DNA of 46,599 nucleotides from Perkinsus olseni (Eukaryota): NCBI GenBank assembly GCA_013115125.1, contig JABANN010000258.1, positions 1 to 46,599 of the forward strand, read 5' to 3'. Shown piece by piece: positions 35,363 to 46,599 of this stretch (position 1 is its first letter; each line of letters starts with the position of its first letter). The notes under the pieces were generated by a model. It saw only the letters and a program-made list of their open reading frames with translations, ran no database searches and was not told where the DNA came from. The position numbers and the translations under genes were made by a program.

Positions 35363-38300
35363 ATGAGCGACGACATCAGCATCCCCCTCATGGCCGTACA
35401 GGAGTGCAGCGCGGCGGCCCCGACTCTCGACTCGGCTGACTTTGCCGAGGTTGAGTTTATCGATGCTATTGAAGACGGGTCGATGGATGACGGCTCTCCA
35501 ACAGTGGAAGCATCCATCATCACCAGCCCTATGCTCAGCGTTGGCGGGCAAGAGGAGCCTTCCTCGTCCGGAGCCCAGCCATCAGGTGAGCTATCAATCT
35601 CCTCGCTGCGGAGTCCCGGGGAATACTTATCATTAGACTGCACAGATGAGACTTATTCGACTCGGTCGTACTGCACTGTTTCGCCGCTGCTTCCGTCTTG
35701 GGAGTGACACTGAAATCGATATCTCGCGCGTATCTTGTGTCCGTCATGGCACTTCATAGCGAGGTTATGTTCCTGAATTCTCGCTCGTAGAACCGTTCCG
35801 GCCATCCTGAGCCACCTGCTGTGATGTCCGCCGTTTCCTCAGCACCCAAAGACGAGCCCCTCGCGGAAACCTCGCCCGTAGTCATCGATGGAGACCCACA
35901 TCCTGACGAGGCCGTGGAGGATCTTGATGCTCTACAAGCTCGCCTGCTGCGGGATGGCTGGAAGTCGCCCTGGAGAGTACCGGATGGTGTCGATACGGAC
36001 CCCCTCGAGCGCTTGATACAACGGAACATCCAACGCTTCGATTTGCCCCCTGGAGTATACGGTAATAGGAGGAGGAGGGGGAGGCTTTGCTACCCGCTGT
36101 ACGCGACCACTGCTCTCACGGGGCCTCCAGGAATGTATAACGTGGTTATCTTCTTGTTTTAAGAATAGGCGATTGTTCTACTAATATGACGGGCGGGAGT
36201 GAACCTTGGTTGGATGGTCTAACTGAGGTTGAATTCGGCTTGCCTCTGTTCTATGCAGGGAGAGCGTCGTCGGTGGCCGAGCTCGCTCCGATCGAATCAG
36301 TGGAGCCTAGCCTGGGAGATAATCGGCGGTCACCGAGTGGCGATGCCGAAGTGGCGGCAGACCGCAGCCAGCCGAGCAGCAGTGGACTCTTCGGGGAGGG
36401 GTCCGTTGGGACTGTCATGTCTCCTGCCAAGCGAGAGAAGAAGAGGAGAAAGAAAAAGCAGAAGTCGGAGAAGAGGGAACATCGACGCTCCGGGAAGCTG
36501 CGGAAAATGGCGGAGCGAAGCGGACGTGGAGATATCGCGAGCAAAAGCCGTGCGAGTGCGAAGCGACGAAAGATATCTTTGGAGGAGGATGTCGAGAGCC
36601 CCTTGCATGCTTCACGGCAAGCTCCACCAAAGCCGATGGAGTTGGATCTGGACGAGGGTGTTGAGGAGTTCCATATTCCCAAGTGGACAGGGGCAGCCTT
36701 CCAAGATGCTCATCAGGATGATGATGGCCCATCGAAGAAGGGCGGCGAGCAGGAGGAAGGAGAGGTTGTTAATTTAGTGGCGACTGACGGTTTTACCAAT
36801 GAGATGGGCGCCCAAGGTGGGGGTTCCGGCGATCAGCCGGGCACGCCGAAATTGCAGTTCGACACTTCGAAGCCGTTGAAGCCGGAGCTGGTCCTAGCGG
36901 CCTCGGTGCTCCCTCCTGCGGTCGGTTGTCTTGACAGCACTCTGGGCGTGTTGACTCTCATTGGCAGGTGCCGAACTTGGCCTATCGTGCTCGAGTGCGC
37001 ACGAGTGTGGTGAAGTCTGTGAAGCCTCCATTGGCGGACATCATCGGCAACTGTACGGATATGCGGAAGGTGGAAGTGGCCCTCAAACGGTGAGTGGATG
37101 AGCGTCGGGCGAAGGTCCACGTCTTTGACAGATACGTTGACAGGAAGGGATTATGGTGGGACTGGAATTACGGGAAGAAGTCCAAACTTGAGACTGGCGG
37201 TGGATACGTAGGCTGGCTAGCTCGGCAGGGTCTAGTGATGAGCGCGATGGTTTGGGCAGGTCAGAGTCGACTTGGACTCTCAGTTGAGGCAAGTTTGTAT
37301 GTGCACCTTGGCTTCTTTTAAAGAAGTTCTCCACCACGCTCGCCGGTACGTCGAAGTGGACGATACCCAGACGATCGAGGTGGACGACGAAGAGGAGCAG
37401 CTGTCGGGTGAAGGAGCTGTTGGCGAGGCCGCAGAGGCTAGCCCTGCAATAGAATTGGAGACGGCAGAACCAACGCCCTTGAAGGTAGCGGCAAGGTCAA
37501 GCCCCTCGGTAGATCGTTTAAGTTCCAAGCTGGGGGGAAGTGGCTCTGGTGGGAAGAAGTGGAAGGGAGGCAACAAGGACTGGCGGAATTGGAAGCGTGC
37601 CGGGAACGAACCTGCGTGGAAATCTGGTGGCGGGTCTGGAAAAGCCGGCTGGAAGAACGGCAAGAGCAATAACTGGGACGATTGGGATGATAATGACTGG
37701 AAGGGGTGGAAGTCAAACGATCGCAATGGCAAGAAAAATGAGTGGAAAAACGCCGAGCGTGATTGGAAGGAGTCTGATGCCACGAAGAAGTGGACGGACG
37801 ATGGTGGCGGTAGTAACAACTGGGGCAAGAGCTGGGAGGCTTGGGGTGGTAGCAAGTCCTGGGATGACGGGAAGTGGGGGAAGGACTGGTCTTGGGGTGA
37901 CGATCCTGATGGCAGTAAGAAGTGGCAAGAGGAAGGGGACAAGGGAAAGTGGGATAAGAATCGGGGTGGGGAGTGGAAGGCCTCAGCGGCGGAGAGTCCG
38001 GAATGGAAACCTCGCAGCGACTGGAGTGACTCGGAGTTGAAGTGCCAATGGAGCTGGAATGATAATCAGTGGAAGGAAGGCGGCGGAGATGAGCAGCCAC
38101 CACCGAGCACACCGAAGCCGTTGGAGGTCACCGAACCACCTCCGGATCAGGCTGGGAACAAGGCAAGACGCTACGGGTCCGAGGATGGCGACAGACGCTC
38201 TTCGTCGGTCGTTACTGAGACGGCAGTAATGAGAGAGCAGGCGGGCTCCGAGGGCGAGGCGATGAGTATAGTAGATGATGAAGATGATGCTGATGCCACT

Positions 38301-39110
38301 GCCCCTACGACCTCTCCACTACCACCGATCGATCCAGCGGAACTAGCGCATGTGAGTTGGTCGATATTGAGCACTGGAATAGTAGCGCTGTCTCAGGTGA
38401 CGCAGTCGTGCCATCGCCTGTTTTGGCCGCTAGAGGACATCCAATGGCTCTTTGACGTGACCAGTCCGACCGACTCCACCCCGAGCGAGGCACAGTCGTT
38501 GCTGCGAGAGCTTGCCCTCAACACCGTTGTGGTGTGTCCTGTTGGAGGCCTGGCTAGATACGCCGATGGGGAAGGTAGGAAGGCGATCATCGACCCACGT
38601 CTTCCCTGCTGGTAGCGCTCTATCCCTTCTGGCCTTGTATCACGCCGAAGCTCGGTCGAACGACTGATTTTGGGTGCTCTTGGATAGCCTCTCGCGGCAA
38701 GCGTGGTTGGGTAGCATGCGTCGTGCTGTAGTTATATGGCTGGGCGAGGTCACCTTCTCCGGCTTAGGTGATATACCTGGCACTGTGATCCTTCGGGACA
38801 CGCCCGAGCCTGTCCCTGTTGGGGGACTGGCGCCAAGCAAGTCGGTGGAAGAGACTATTGCCGACCTCATCGCGGAACTAGTACAGTACGCGGCGGCTGA
38901 CCTGCCCGAACTCCGTCACAGAGTCAGTGCGTTACAATATGTAGTCAGCCACATACCACATTTCCCGCAATTCGTGGTTCACTTCGGCAGATACGGGCTG
39001 CATGCGACATAATAGAGTTCCTGGACGGTGCCGAGTGGGACGAGGGTCGGATTATGGAACTTCTTCGCGATGCGGAAGAAGCCCGAAGGATCCCACCGGA
39101 CGAAGTTTGA
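35363..39110 (+). CDS. Large multi-exon, largely disordered protein with a Trp-rich repeat region (single-gene model uncertain)
   Basis: Consecutive plus-strand ORFs 35363, 35821, 36186, 37272 and 38674; basic NLS-like KREKKRRKKKQK; W/G/K/D/N-rich tract. Confidence 0.55.
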
Positions 39111-39279
39111 TTGCACGTCTTCTCATCACGACTAACTGCTATTTAGTAGACTAATGAACCATTACTGTAGCATTACCGAATTTGGTGACTATGGATCACT
39201 GCGGCGGAGTTGTGGGGAACTGGTGGCCGTGAGTTGAGGTTCGGCTCAGTATCTTTCATCCGCTGGAATGCTGGGCAGC

Positions 39280-40581
39280 AGGCGGAATCGTCGCGGCTGC
39301 TCTTGGGAGCTCCTGGTCTTGTCCCTAGTCGTCGTATTGTCGACGACTTCCCGAGGGATAGCCCAGGCGGCCATTGCATCCAACACGGCTTGTGAATGTA
39401 CCTCTAGCTGCGGCACTGGCCTGCTGTCCGCCTCCAAATCTTGGTAAGGGTGGACAGTGGTAGGTCTGGGCTCTTGATATTCTTCTTCCGTCAGGTGTTA
39501 TGTCAACCCGACCAGTTGCGGTGTCGGCACTTGCAGCTGCTTGAGCGCCTCTAAGAACCCCTATGACTATTGTGATGACAGCCTAGGCCTCCTCGAGAGA
39601 GAACGGGCCAGAAGTCAGACCGAGATCGAGGCCCTCAAAAGCGAACTGAACGACTTGAGAAGTCGGCTGAGCTTGGATGATTCAACAGAGCACGCCCAAG
39701 AGGCGGCCTTGAAGGAGCAGGAGATCCAGCGGAAGGAGTTGGAGGCGGTGATTGCGTCCCAGAGGAGCACTATTGCCGTAGTGTCGTGGTACTCGTTGTG
39801 GTGCGCCGTGGCCATAGCGGCTGTAGTGTCTCTGCTTGCCGTCCTCTTCTGCGGCTACAAGGCCTTCTTGTTGCGGAAACGAACGAAAGCGGGCGCCGCT
39901 GCGAGCTCGGCGACGGAGGCCCTGCTGAGCCCCACGGCGAGGGCGGGAGAGAAGGACGTTGGGACTCCGTCTACAGAAGCTAGTCCGGGCAGGCTGGGCC
40001 CTCAGGTAGGACTTGTCGCCCCGATTGTCTTCATTGCTGCTGTCAGACGCCGTCCGACTTATTTCCTCTTCACAAGACTGCCTCGCCGTCTCTGGGGGGC
40101 AGAGACTTCGGTTCTCCATTTCTGGCGGGCAAGGGTAAAGTCTCGGCGGTAACGGGGACCCCGGGATCGGCACGTAGGGGTTAACTTGGCCACGCCATGC
40201 TGATCGTATTGCTCATCAGATGAGGTTTGGAGTGATGAGGATGTATCTCGCCGCCAGGGCTCCTCCCGAAGCAAGCCGCGGGAAGGGGCCGAGACCCCAA
40301 GGCTCGCCTCGGACACCAAGCGAGGGTCCTATATACAGCGGATGAAGCTGCACAAGCCGGAAATTGAGGTGGACGAAGAACGCCATCACGGAAGCACCTC
40401 AGAAGAAGGGCCGGACAAGTCCAACAGAGTGAGCACCGGGGAGGCCACCTGGAGGAGGATCCTTCCCGAGCTCAGGTCTACTACAGCCCCTCCTTGGCCG
40501 ACAAGCAGTGACAGGGAGATCCGTCGTACCATTGCTATTCCTTGCCCCAATAAGACGTCTGTGAACAGACTACCTAAGTAA
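39280..40581 (+). CDS. Putative single-pass membrane protein: hydrophobic leader, Cys-rich module, coiled coil, TM helix (ends approximate)
   Basis: LLVLSLVVVLSTT, then ACECTSSCG...KSW/CYVNPTSCGVGTCSC...YDYC, a coiled coil and the TM WCAVAIAAVVSLLAVLFCGY followed by basic residues. Confidence 0.6.
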
Positions 40582-40694
40582 CCATTGCCTCCCCCATCCC
40601 GTCAACTCAGCCCTCATTTTTCTGATCCTTGCGGTAAATGAGCTTACCTGTTGTTGTCCTTTTTGTACTGCTATTTTCCGACAAGTCGATTCAT

Positions 40695-40731
40695 TCATCA
40701 TCATCATCATCATCATCGTCAGCAGCAGCAG
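40695..40731. repeat. (TCA)n/(CAG)n microsatellite
   Basis: About seven TCA units followed by four CAG units. Confidence 0.8.
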
Positions 40732-40867
40732 CTCCGCAATGTTCGAGTGTCCCTCTTGAGTGTACTATTGTCCCTACAGGGAGTATCTTCCCCCGGCCAG
40801 AAGTGGTCTCTAGTTTTGGGTCGCGGTCGGGTCCAGAAATCCTCAGCTTCTCCCTTTTACCCACGCT

Positions 40868-43535
40868 ATGCCTGCGGCGGTGACCCGCGCTCAGCTGGCG
40901 CCGTTGTTCAGCAGCAGTCCGGTGCATCCAGGCAGCGCCGTCTGGGACGCCCCTCTCAGCCCGTGGATTCGGCGTCCGGAGGCGTTGCTGGGAGGTCTTG
41001 TGGCCTTGGCATCCGAGGTCGAACTGCGGTGGGAGCGGAATCTCGTCGTGCCGTTGGAGCAAACTTTGCTGGTGTCTGAGGCCGACGTGGACTGGTTCCT
41101 CGGTGAGGTCGGAAGATTTCGGGCAGAAGGGGGCCTGAGGGGTCCCGACCATGGTCTCGCCTCGGGCTCCAGGCTCTTCTCGGCGGCCTTGTGTCGGGAA
41201 CTCGCCGTCCGCCACGGTCCGGCCCGGCGTCTTTCCTTGCTGGAGTATCGATTTACGGAGGTCCTCAAGGAGCTGCAAAGTCTGCCGATGCGTCCTGGCG
41301 GGGAGGGAGAGGAGGGCCCTGTTCTCATCACCGACTCATTCTTCTGCATCGAGCTGATACGGCCGTGCGAACCCTTTAGGGATCCCAAAAGCGAGTCTGT
41401 CGTCTGCAACAGGACGCGGATATCGGACTTGATATTGATGGCGGAGGTGCCCACCTGGTGGTCACCGTTTATACCTCGGCTGGAGGACATGAGGAGGATC
41501 AAGGAGATGCCGGCCATTGAGGACGGTAAGGTCCCCTTGGGAGCTCGTACGGAGGTGACCACTAAGGAGGAGGAGAGGGAGTCTCAGCGTGATGGGTCGA
41601 TGGTCACGGAGAGGTCAGTGGGCTTGAGTCCACCACCGGCGGATGGTGACGGCGAGCCCGAGAAGAAACGGCGGAAGGTGGCTGAGCAGCCACGAGAGGA
41701 GGCCAGGGCGGACGGAAGCGGAGTACGGTCTACTGAGAAGGGCGATGGGCCTTCGCCGAGTATCCCAACTCCGGTGGTGGCGGTCGGGGGTTCTGACCGT
41801 GTGATGAGCAGTAAGAATCGGGAGGAGGAGCGCCCTGGCATGCAGGCGGGAGCTCCAGCGACGGGCGTAGTTGAAGAGACCAAAGAGGGGACTACGGTGA
41901 ACCCGTCCGTGGGGGCGCCTCCCTCCTCTCCACCTCATCCGCACTCGGTACCATCAACCACTGAAGCACCTCTCCCGCCTGCGAGAGAGGAGGCCAGGCC
42001 TGTTCTGATTGAGAAGCCGAATGAGCCCCCAGTACCAGGCCACGTGTCTGAGCGAGAGCGACTGGGACCTGTGGCCGAGGCACGCCCGCCGTCCCCAACC
42101 AGGCCCGCTGACACCTCGTCTACTCCTGTCGCCCGTACCCCTCATTCTCCACTTGTAGTACCCCCGAGGCCATCGACCAAGCCAAGCGGCTCCCTTTCAA
42201 CCCCGGTTACACGTTTTCCCAATGTCCCGGTTCAGGCGCCCGCACCGGTCTCAAGCATGCAGACTAGCCCCTCTACAAAATCAGGCGCCCGTACTCCGAA
42301 TGTCCCTCCCAAGGTACCTCCGCCGTCCTCTACCAGGCCGACTGGCACCCCTGCTGCCCATGGTGCTCCGCCGTCCTCTACCAGGCCGACTGGCACCCCT
42401 GCTGCCCATGGTGCTCCGCCGTCCTCTACCAGGCCGACTGNNNNNNNNNNNNNNNNNNNNNNNNNNNNNNNNNNNNNNNNNNNNNNNNNNNNNNNNNNNN
42501 NNNNNNNNNNNNNNNNNNNNNNNNNNNNNNNNNNNNNNTGGCACCTCTGCTGCCCATGGTACCCCGCCGTCCTCCAGCAGGCCGACTGGCTCCCCTGCTG
42601 CCCATGGTGCTCCGCAGCCTTCAAGCAAGCAGGCGGGCCCCCCTCCTTTTTCTGATGCCCGTACTCCTAGCATCCCTGCAAGAGCACCCCGGCCGTCTTC
42701 AAGCAAACTGACTGGTCCCCCTCCTTCTCCTGGCGCTCGTTCTCCTCATTTCCCTGCCAAGGTACCTCCGTCGTCTCCAAGCAGGCAGGGTGGTCTTCCT
42801 CCTGGCGACCGAACTTCTCATTTGCCTGTTAAAACACCTTCGCCGTCCTTTAGCAAGCAGAGTGGTCCTCCCCCTTCTCCTGGAGTCGCAGCTAATGCCC
42901 CACATGCGATAACAGCAGCGCTCTACGAGACCATATCTCGCTCAAAGGCGAGTCCGGTGGTTGAGCAGCAGAGAGCTGCGCCAGCGCCATCTCGCGGCCC
43001 GGTATCACCAAATAGACGGAAGCGCAAGAAGTCACATAACCGTCAAAGGTCGCAGGCGTGGGCCGAGAGACGCAAGGCAGAGGAGAGCCTGCGGACGAGG
43101 CAGCAGGCCCCGGCCCCTTCGTCGTCTTCCGCTTCGTCACGAAGACCCGAACCTCGACCGGAACGCTACGATTCTTGGCCGCCCCCACGTCCCTCCTCGG
43201 CGTTCGCTCGGTCGGAGCCTTCCTGGATACCGCCAGCCCGGCCACACGCCGTGTCCCAGTCCGCTGCGCAACGGCCGTCTCGGTACACGTACAAAAGCCC
43301 TACGCCACCCAATGGGGGACCTCAGCTCCGGATAGGATCCCCGGGCAACTTCAACGACATCGCCGCGCCTCGGCTGTACTCAGAGCCACCTCGTCAGAGC
43401 TCTGCGGCACTAAGGCCTAAGCAGGAGCTCCGGCCTGCTCCGGCCCGAGTCCGGTCTTCCCAAGGAGGACAGCCGCCAGGGGAGATTGAAGTGCCCTGTG
43501 AGTTCATCCCCTACAAGTCGAAGGGCCGCTCTTGA
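40868..43535 (+). CDS. Single-exon Pro/Ser-rich protein spanning the assembly gap
   Basis: The ORF from 40868 before the gap and the ORF ending 43535 after it share the PPSS(T/S)RPTGxxAAHG repeat; the frame change is explained by the arbitrary N length. Confidence 0.75.
42318..42615 (+). repeat. 48-bp coding minisatellite (PPSSTRPTGTPAAHGA) interrupted by an N-gap at 42441-42538
   Basis: Identical units start at 42318, 42366 and 42414; diverged units resume after the gap. Confidence 0.95.
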
Positions 43536-43749
43536 TGCACCATTCCTACCCGCCATCACAGCCTTACCGTCTTCCGAGAGGCTCGACGACTGGCTTCCTC
43601 CCGGGGCGACGTTAAGGCTGATGACGGGTTCTCCGATTTTGTGTTGTACCATTGGTCTCTAATAAGTCCCTTGCTGTTGTGTTGCTACATCCACTCTGAG
43701 CTACCACTAGACACCTCCAGGTCTTTACTCCCAACATGACTCGCTCACT

Positions 43750-44592
43750 ATGACCAGCAGCCCGTCGTCATCTAACGAGGAGTCCTGCTGCTATGGCCCT
43801 CCATCCGACCGCGAGTCCTTCGCGAGCGTCCTGGCTCGACGCCAGAGGCCTCGGATACTGCCTGTCCTGTCCCATAGTTGCAGCTTTGGCGGGGCAGTGA
43901 GTCTCCTGCTCAGTCCTCGGGCCAACACTCCAATAAAGGGGGTGCTCGCCATGGCTGTCAGACGGTGGACCTCTAACTCTGGGACGGTTTGCGTATTTGA
44001 CTGTTCCTTGGAGTTCACCGCTCCACAACCGACCAACGTGAGCCTCTACCGCGCACCTTCGACGGCGGCTCTCTTGGCAGCTCTTCGTCACTTCCATCGC
44101 CAGCATCTCAGAAAGACGGAGGACTCGATCACTATAGGGTGGCTAGTCGTTGTTGTCGACTGGACTTGTCTCAAGGTTGAATCGGAGCCAGCGGGGGTCC
44201 TCAGCCTGGCCCTGCGCTACCTCGAGCAGCTAGGCCAGAGCTATGACTTCCCTCTGGTACTCACAGGACTTCCTATCACTTCTAACGGGTGGATCATGTC
44301 GGACATAGGCCACTCGGATCCCCGCCCGTGGATCGTTCCTGGGCCTGTCTCGCGACAGCTGCTGGCGGAAGGCCGGATATGGTTAAGGACCACTTGTGAC
44401 GCTTGCGGCTCAGCCCTGGCCGCTGTCTTTGGTTCCGGAGGATGTGACAGCTACTGCGTCATCGGCAGAGGAGACCAGGAGCTCAGCTTCGAGCCCGCCA
44501 GTGGCCCTCTTTGTTCCTGCGGCGTTGACTCAGTCGGAGAAGAGGAAGCTACGCCAGATCAGAACTCCTCATTCTATTTTCCCCCTATCTAA
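43750..44592 (+). CDS. Possible divergent RecA-fold / RAD51-paralog (XRCC2-like) protein
   Basis: Motif order ESFASVLAR, VCVFDCSLEF, LYRAPSTAALLAAL, LVVVVDW and LEQLGQSYDFPLVLT resembles RAD51 paralogs; no Walker A. Confidence 0.4.
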   Translation: MTSSPSSSNEESCCYGPPSDRESFASVLARRQRPRILPVLSHSCSFGGAVSLLLSPRANTPIKGVLAMAVRRWTSNSGTVCVFDCSLEFTAPQPTNVSLYRAPSTAALLAALRHFHRQHLRKTEDSITIGWLVVVVDWTCLKVESEPAGVLSLALRYLEQLGQSYDFPLVLTGLPITSNGWIMSDIGHSDPRPWIVPGPVSRQLLAEGRIWLRTTCDACGSALAAVFGSGGCDSYCVIGRGDQELSFEPASGPLCSCGVDSVGEEEATPDQNSSFYFPPI

Positions 44593-44699
44593 ATGTGCAT
44601 CCTTTCTGAAAACTTTTGAAGCGATTTGTTTCGAGTGCTGTGAACGCGAGCTGCTTCTCACGGGTTTTACAGTGTCTCTTGACTCTTCCTTCTCCAGTC

Positions 44700-45615
44700 A
44701 TGGTCTCCTCGCTCTACGGCCACTCCGGAGGGTTTGGCCTCTCGGGCGCTGCCGGGAGCCGTACGAGACGCCGCAGGCCGGAGATCAGTGAGGAGCAGAA
44801 GCAGGAGATCAAGGTGGGTGATGAAGCCTCCAAAACTGGTGGTCGAGCTGCTCGACTCGAGCATCCGCCCCTATACAGACGCAGACACCATCGGCTTGGT
44901 TTCTCAGGAAGCGTTTGACCTCTTCGACACTAGTCGCAGTGGTTCTATCGACTACCATGAGCTCAAGGTGTGCATGCGCGCGCTTGGCTTCGACGTGAAG
45001 AAGGCGGAAGTGGTGAGCACCAGTTCTCGAGGCCACTCCCTGGAATCATGGGGGCTCTACGTCTCAGTTGGAGCTCATGAGGGACTATGACCGGCAGCAG
45101 ACGGGCTCGATCCGTTACGATGACTATCTGGAGATCAGTAGGCTAATTAGGCTCGCCGGTTGAGTCGTCTAGTTAGAAGTGACTAATGTTAGTGACTGCC
45201 AAGTACGCTGATAGGGATCCGACCGAGGAGATGATCAAAGCATTCAAGCTCTTCGACGACGATGGCACAGGTAAGAGCGTCGTGCCCTTACAGTTAAGTA
45301 GGTTATTCCCGGTACGTTGCTTAACCTTAGGCCGCATATCACTGAAGAACCTCCGGCGAGTGGCCAGAGAACTGGTGGGTCGTCGTTCTCTTCTGCAGCC
45401 TTTGGACTTTCGTTCTTCTCAGGGGGAGAATCTTTCGGACGATGAACTACAGGCTATGATAGACGAGTTTGATACAGACCAGGATGGTGAAAGTGAGATT
45501 GGGTTGCATCACTCTCGCTTAGCCCGTCGGAGACGACCTGAAACAGCCCAAGTTCTCTCACTCAGTTAACGAAGAGGAGTTCATCGCTATCATGAAGCAG
45601 ACTTCTCTTTATTGA
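44700..45615 (+). CDS. CETN3: Centrin (centrin-3/Cdc31 type), multi-intron
   Basis: [17 protein letters not shown]...[22 protein letters not shown]...[52 protein letters not shown]...[15 protein letters not shown]. Confidence 0.95.
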
Positions 45616-46377
45616 AGATGCTGATGATCTTTGCGTGTTGGGATTTCTTGCTATATCTACTGCACGTTACGCCTCATTCCTTGGTGTTTTGTTACCCTCG
45701 AGTTGGATCATCTCCTGGAGCTCGACAAGGCGAGGCCGAGCAACGATGACGAGTTCGATGACGATGTTGTTGCTCTTTCAACTGTTGAGCACCAGCCGTG
45801 CCTCAACCTTGAAGAAGCTCGTTGAGTGCCTAACGATGCCTCGAACTACGGGCACTCTCAGTCCGCGATAGCTCGAGTGAATCGAAATCCCAGGGCTTTC
45901 GACGGTTTTCTGGGAAATTGACCCGTTGGATAAGCACGCAGACGAGTCCACATAACTTTTTGAGAGAATCGAAAATGATATAGCGTGATGTAGCCAGTAG
46001 ACGCTTGGAAGTGCACTGATGGATCTCAGAGGTGTGCCTCTCGACTTCATCGCAATTCAGCCGAGTATGGCGCGTCCCGTATGAAGTAGGTAATCTCGGA
46101 CACACAACCTAGATAAGCGTGAACGGGCTCGAACATCAGGCCGGAGCCCGCGTCTTTGGCAGATCCCGCGAAGGCTTCGATGTAGAAACCCAATGCCTTT
46201 AGCGCCCAACAGTCTATCATTACAACTCAACTAATATCATTGTTCGGAGGTTGGATTTGGTGGCTACGTCTTAAGACGCTACCGCTTCGATTCTGCATAT
46301 AAGATGCAAAAAAGAGATAAATAATCGTCTAAGAGTCTTTCTGATTACGCTCGAAACGTCAGCTATCTCGATTTCAT

Positions 46378-46599
46378 TTAGTCGAACATGTCCGCGCCAA
46401 CCTCAGCGTCCATGACATCCGACTTCACCTTGCGCATGTTCTTATCCCAGGGGCCTTTGCACGGGGAGAGAAGGCGGGGAACACCGTTGATGGTCATGTT
46501 CAGCTGGTTGGTGGTTGCATTATGCGTCATGGCGGCGAACTGCTTCTGCGTGAAGTAGAAGCCGCAGAAGTCGCGGTCCAAAACGAAAGGCTGAGGGGC
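46378..46599 (-). CDS. 3' end of a hypothetical protein running off the window
   Basis: Open frame from the window edge to a stop at 46378 with strong GC3 codon bias. Confidence 0.55.
   Translation of the reverse strand, partial: APQPFVLDRDFCGFYFTQKQFAAMTHNATTNQLNMTINGVPRLLSPCKGPWDKNMRKVKSDVMDAEVGADMFD

Noticed and set aside
42441-42538. Frameshift or pseudogene in the Pro-rich gene
   Set aside because: The frame change coincides with an N-gap of arbitrary length
42318-42615. Repeats as a CRISPR array
   Set aside because: Contiguous in-frame coding units with no unique spacers, no cas genes, eukaryotic context
43681-43712. Minus-strand TAGCTCAGAGTGG as a tRNA 5' half
   Set aside because: No convincing D-stem or anticodon arm; too short to distinguish from chance
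178-46581. Most short overlapping six-frame ORFs
   Set aside because: Shadow or antisense frames of GC-rich spliced genes, many with non-ATG starts and no recognisable motifs

Overview
Gene-dense eukaryotic genomic DNA with many short (~45-50 nt) GT-AG introns, very short intergenic gaps and one 98-N assembly gap. The style and gene content suggest an alveolate protist, most likely Perkinsus; this is inference, not a database result. Recognisable genes: an ABCG half-transporter, two multi-EF-hand proteins, an FHA/coiled-coil protein, a G-patch protein, three tandem 2-Cys peroxiredoxins (two near-identical intronless copies and one intron-containing paralog), prefoldin subunit 4, a CHAT-protease + STAND-like P-loop + Nudix-like protein, a chromodomain protein, a Trp-rich protein, a Pro-rich repeat protein, a possible XRCC2-like RecA-fold protein and centrin-3. 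The most striking unexplained signal is seven tRNA-derived elements between 19.4 and 35.3 kb: one anticodon-damaged tRNA-Tyr and six 3'-half or T-arm fragments of different sequence. All are co-oriented with a host gene and lie inside spliceosomal introns or just upstream of a start codon. Gene models were built by eye and many gene ends are approximate.
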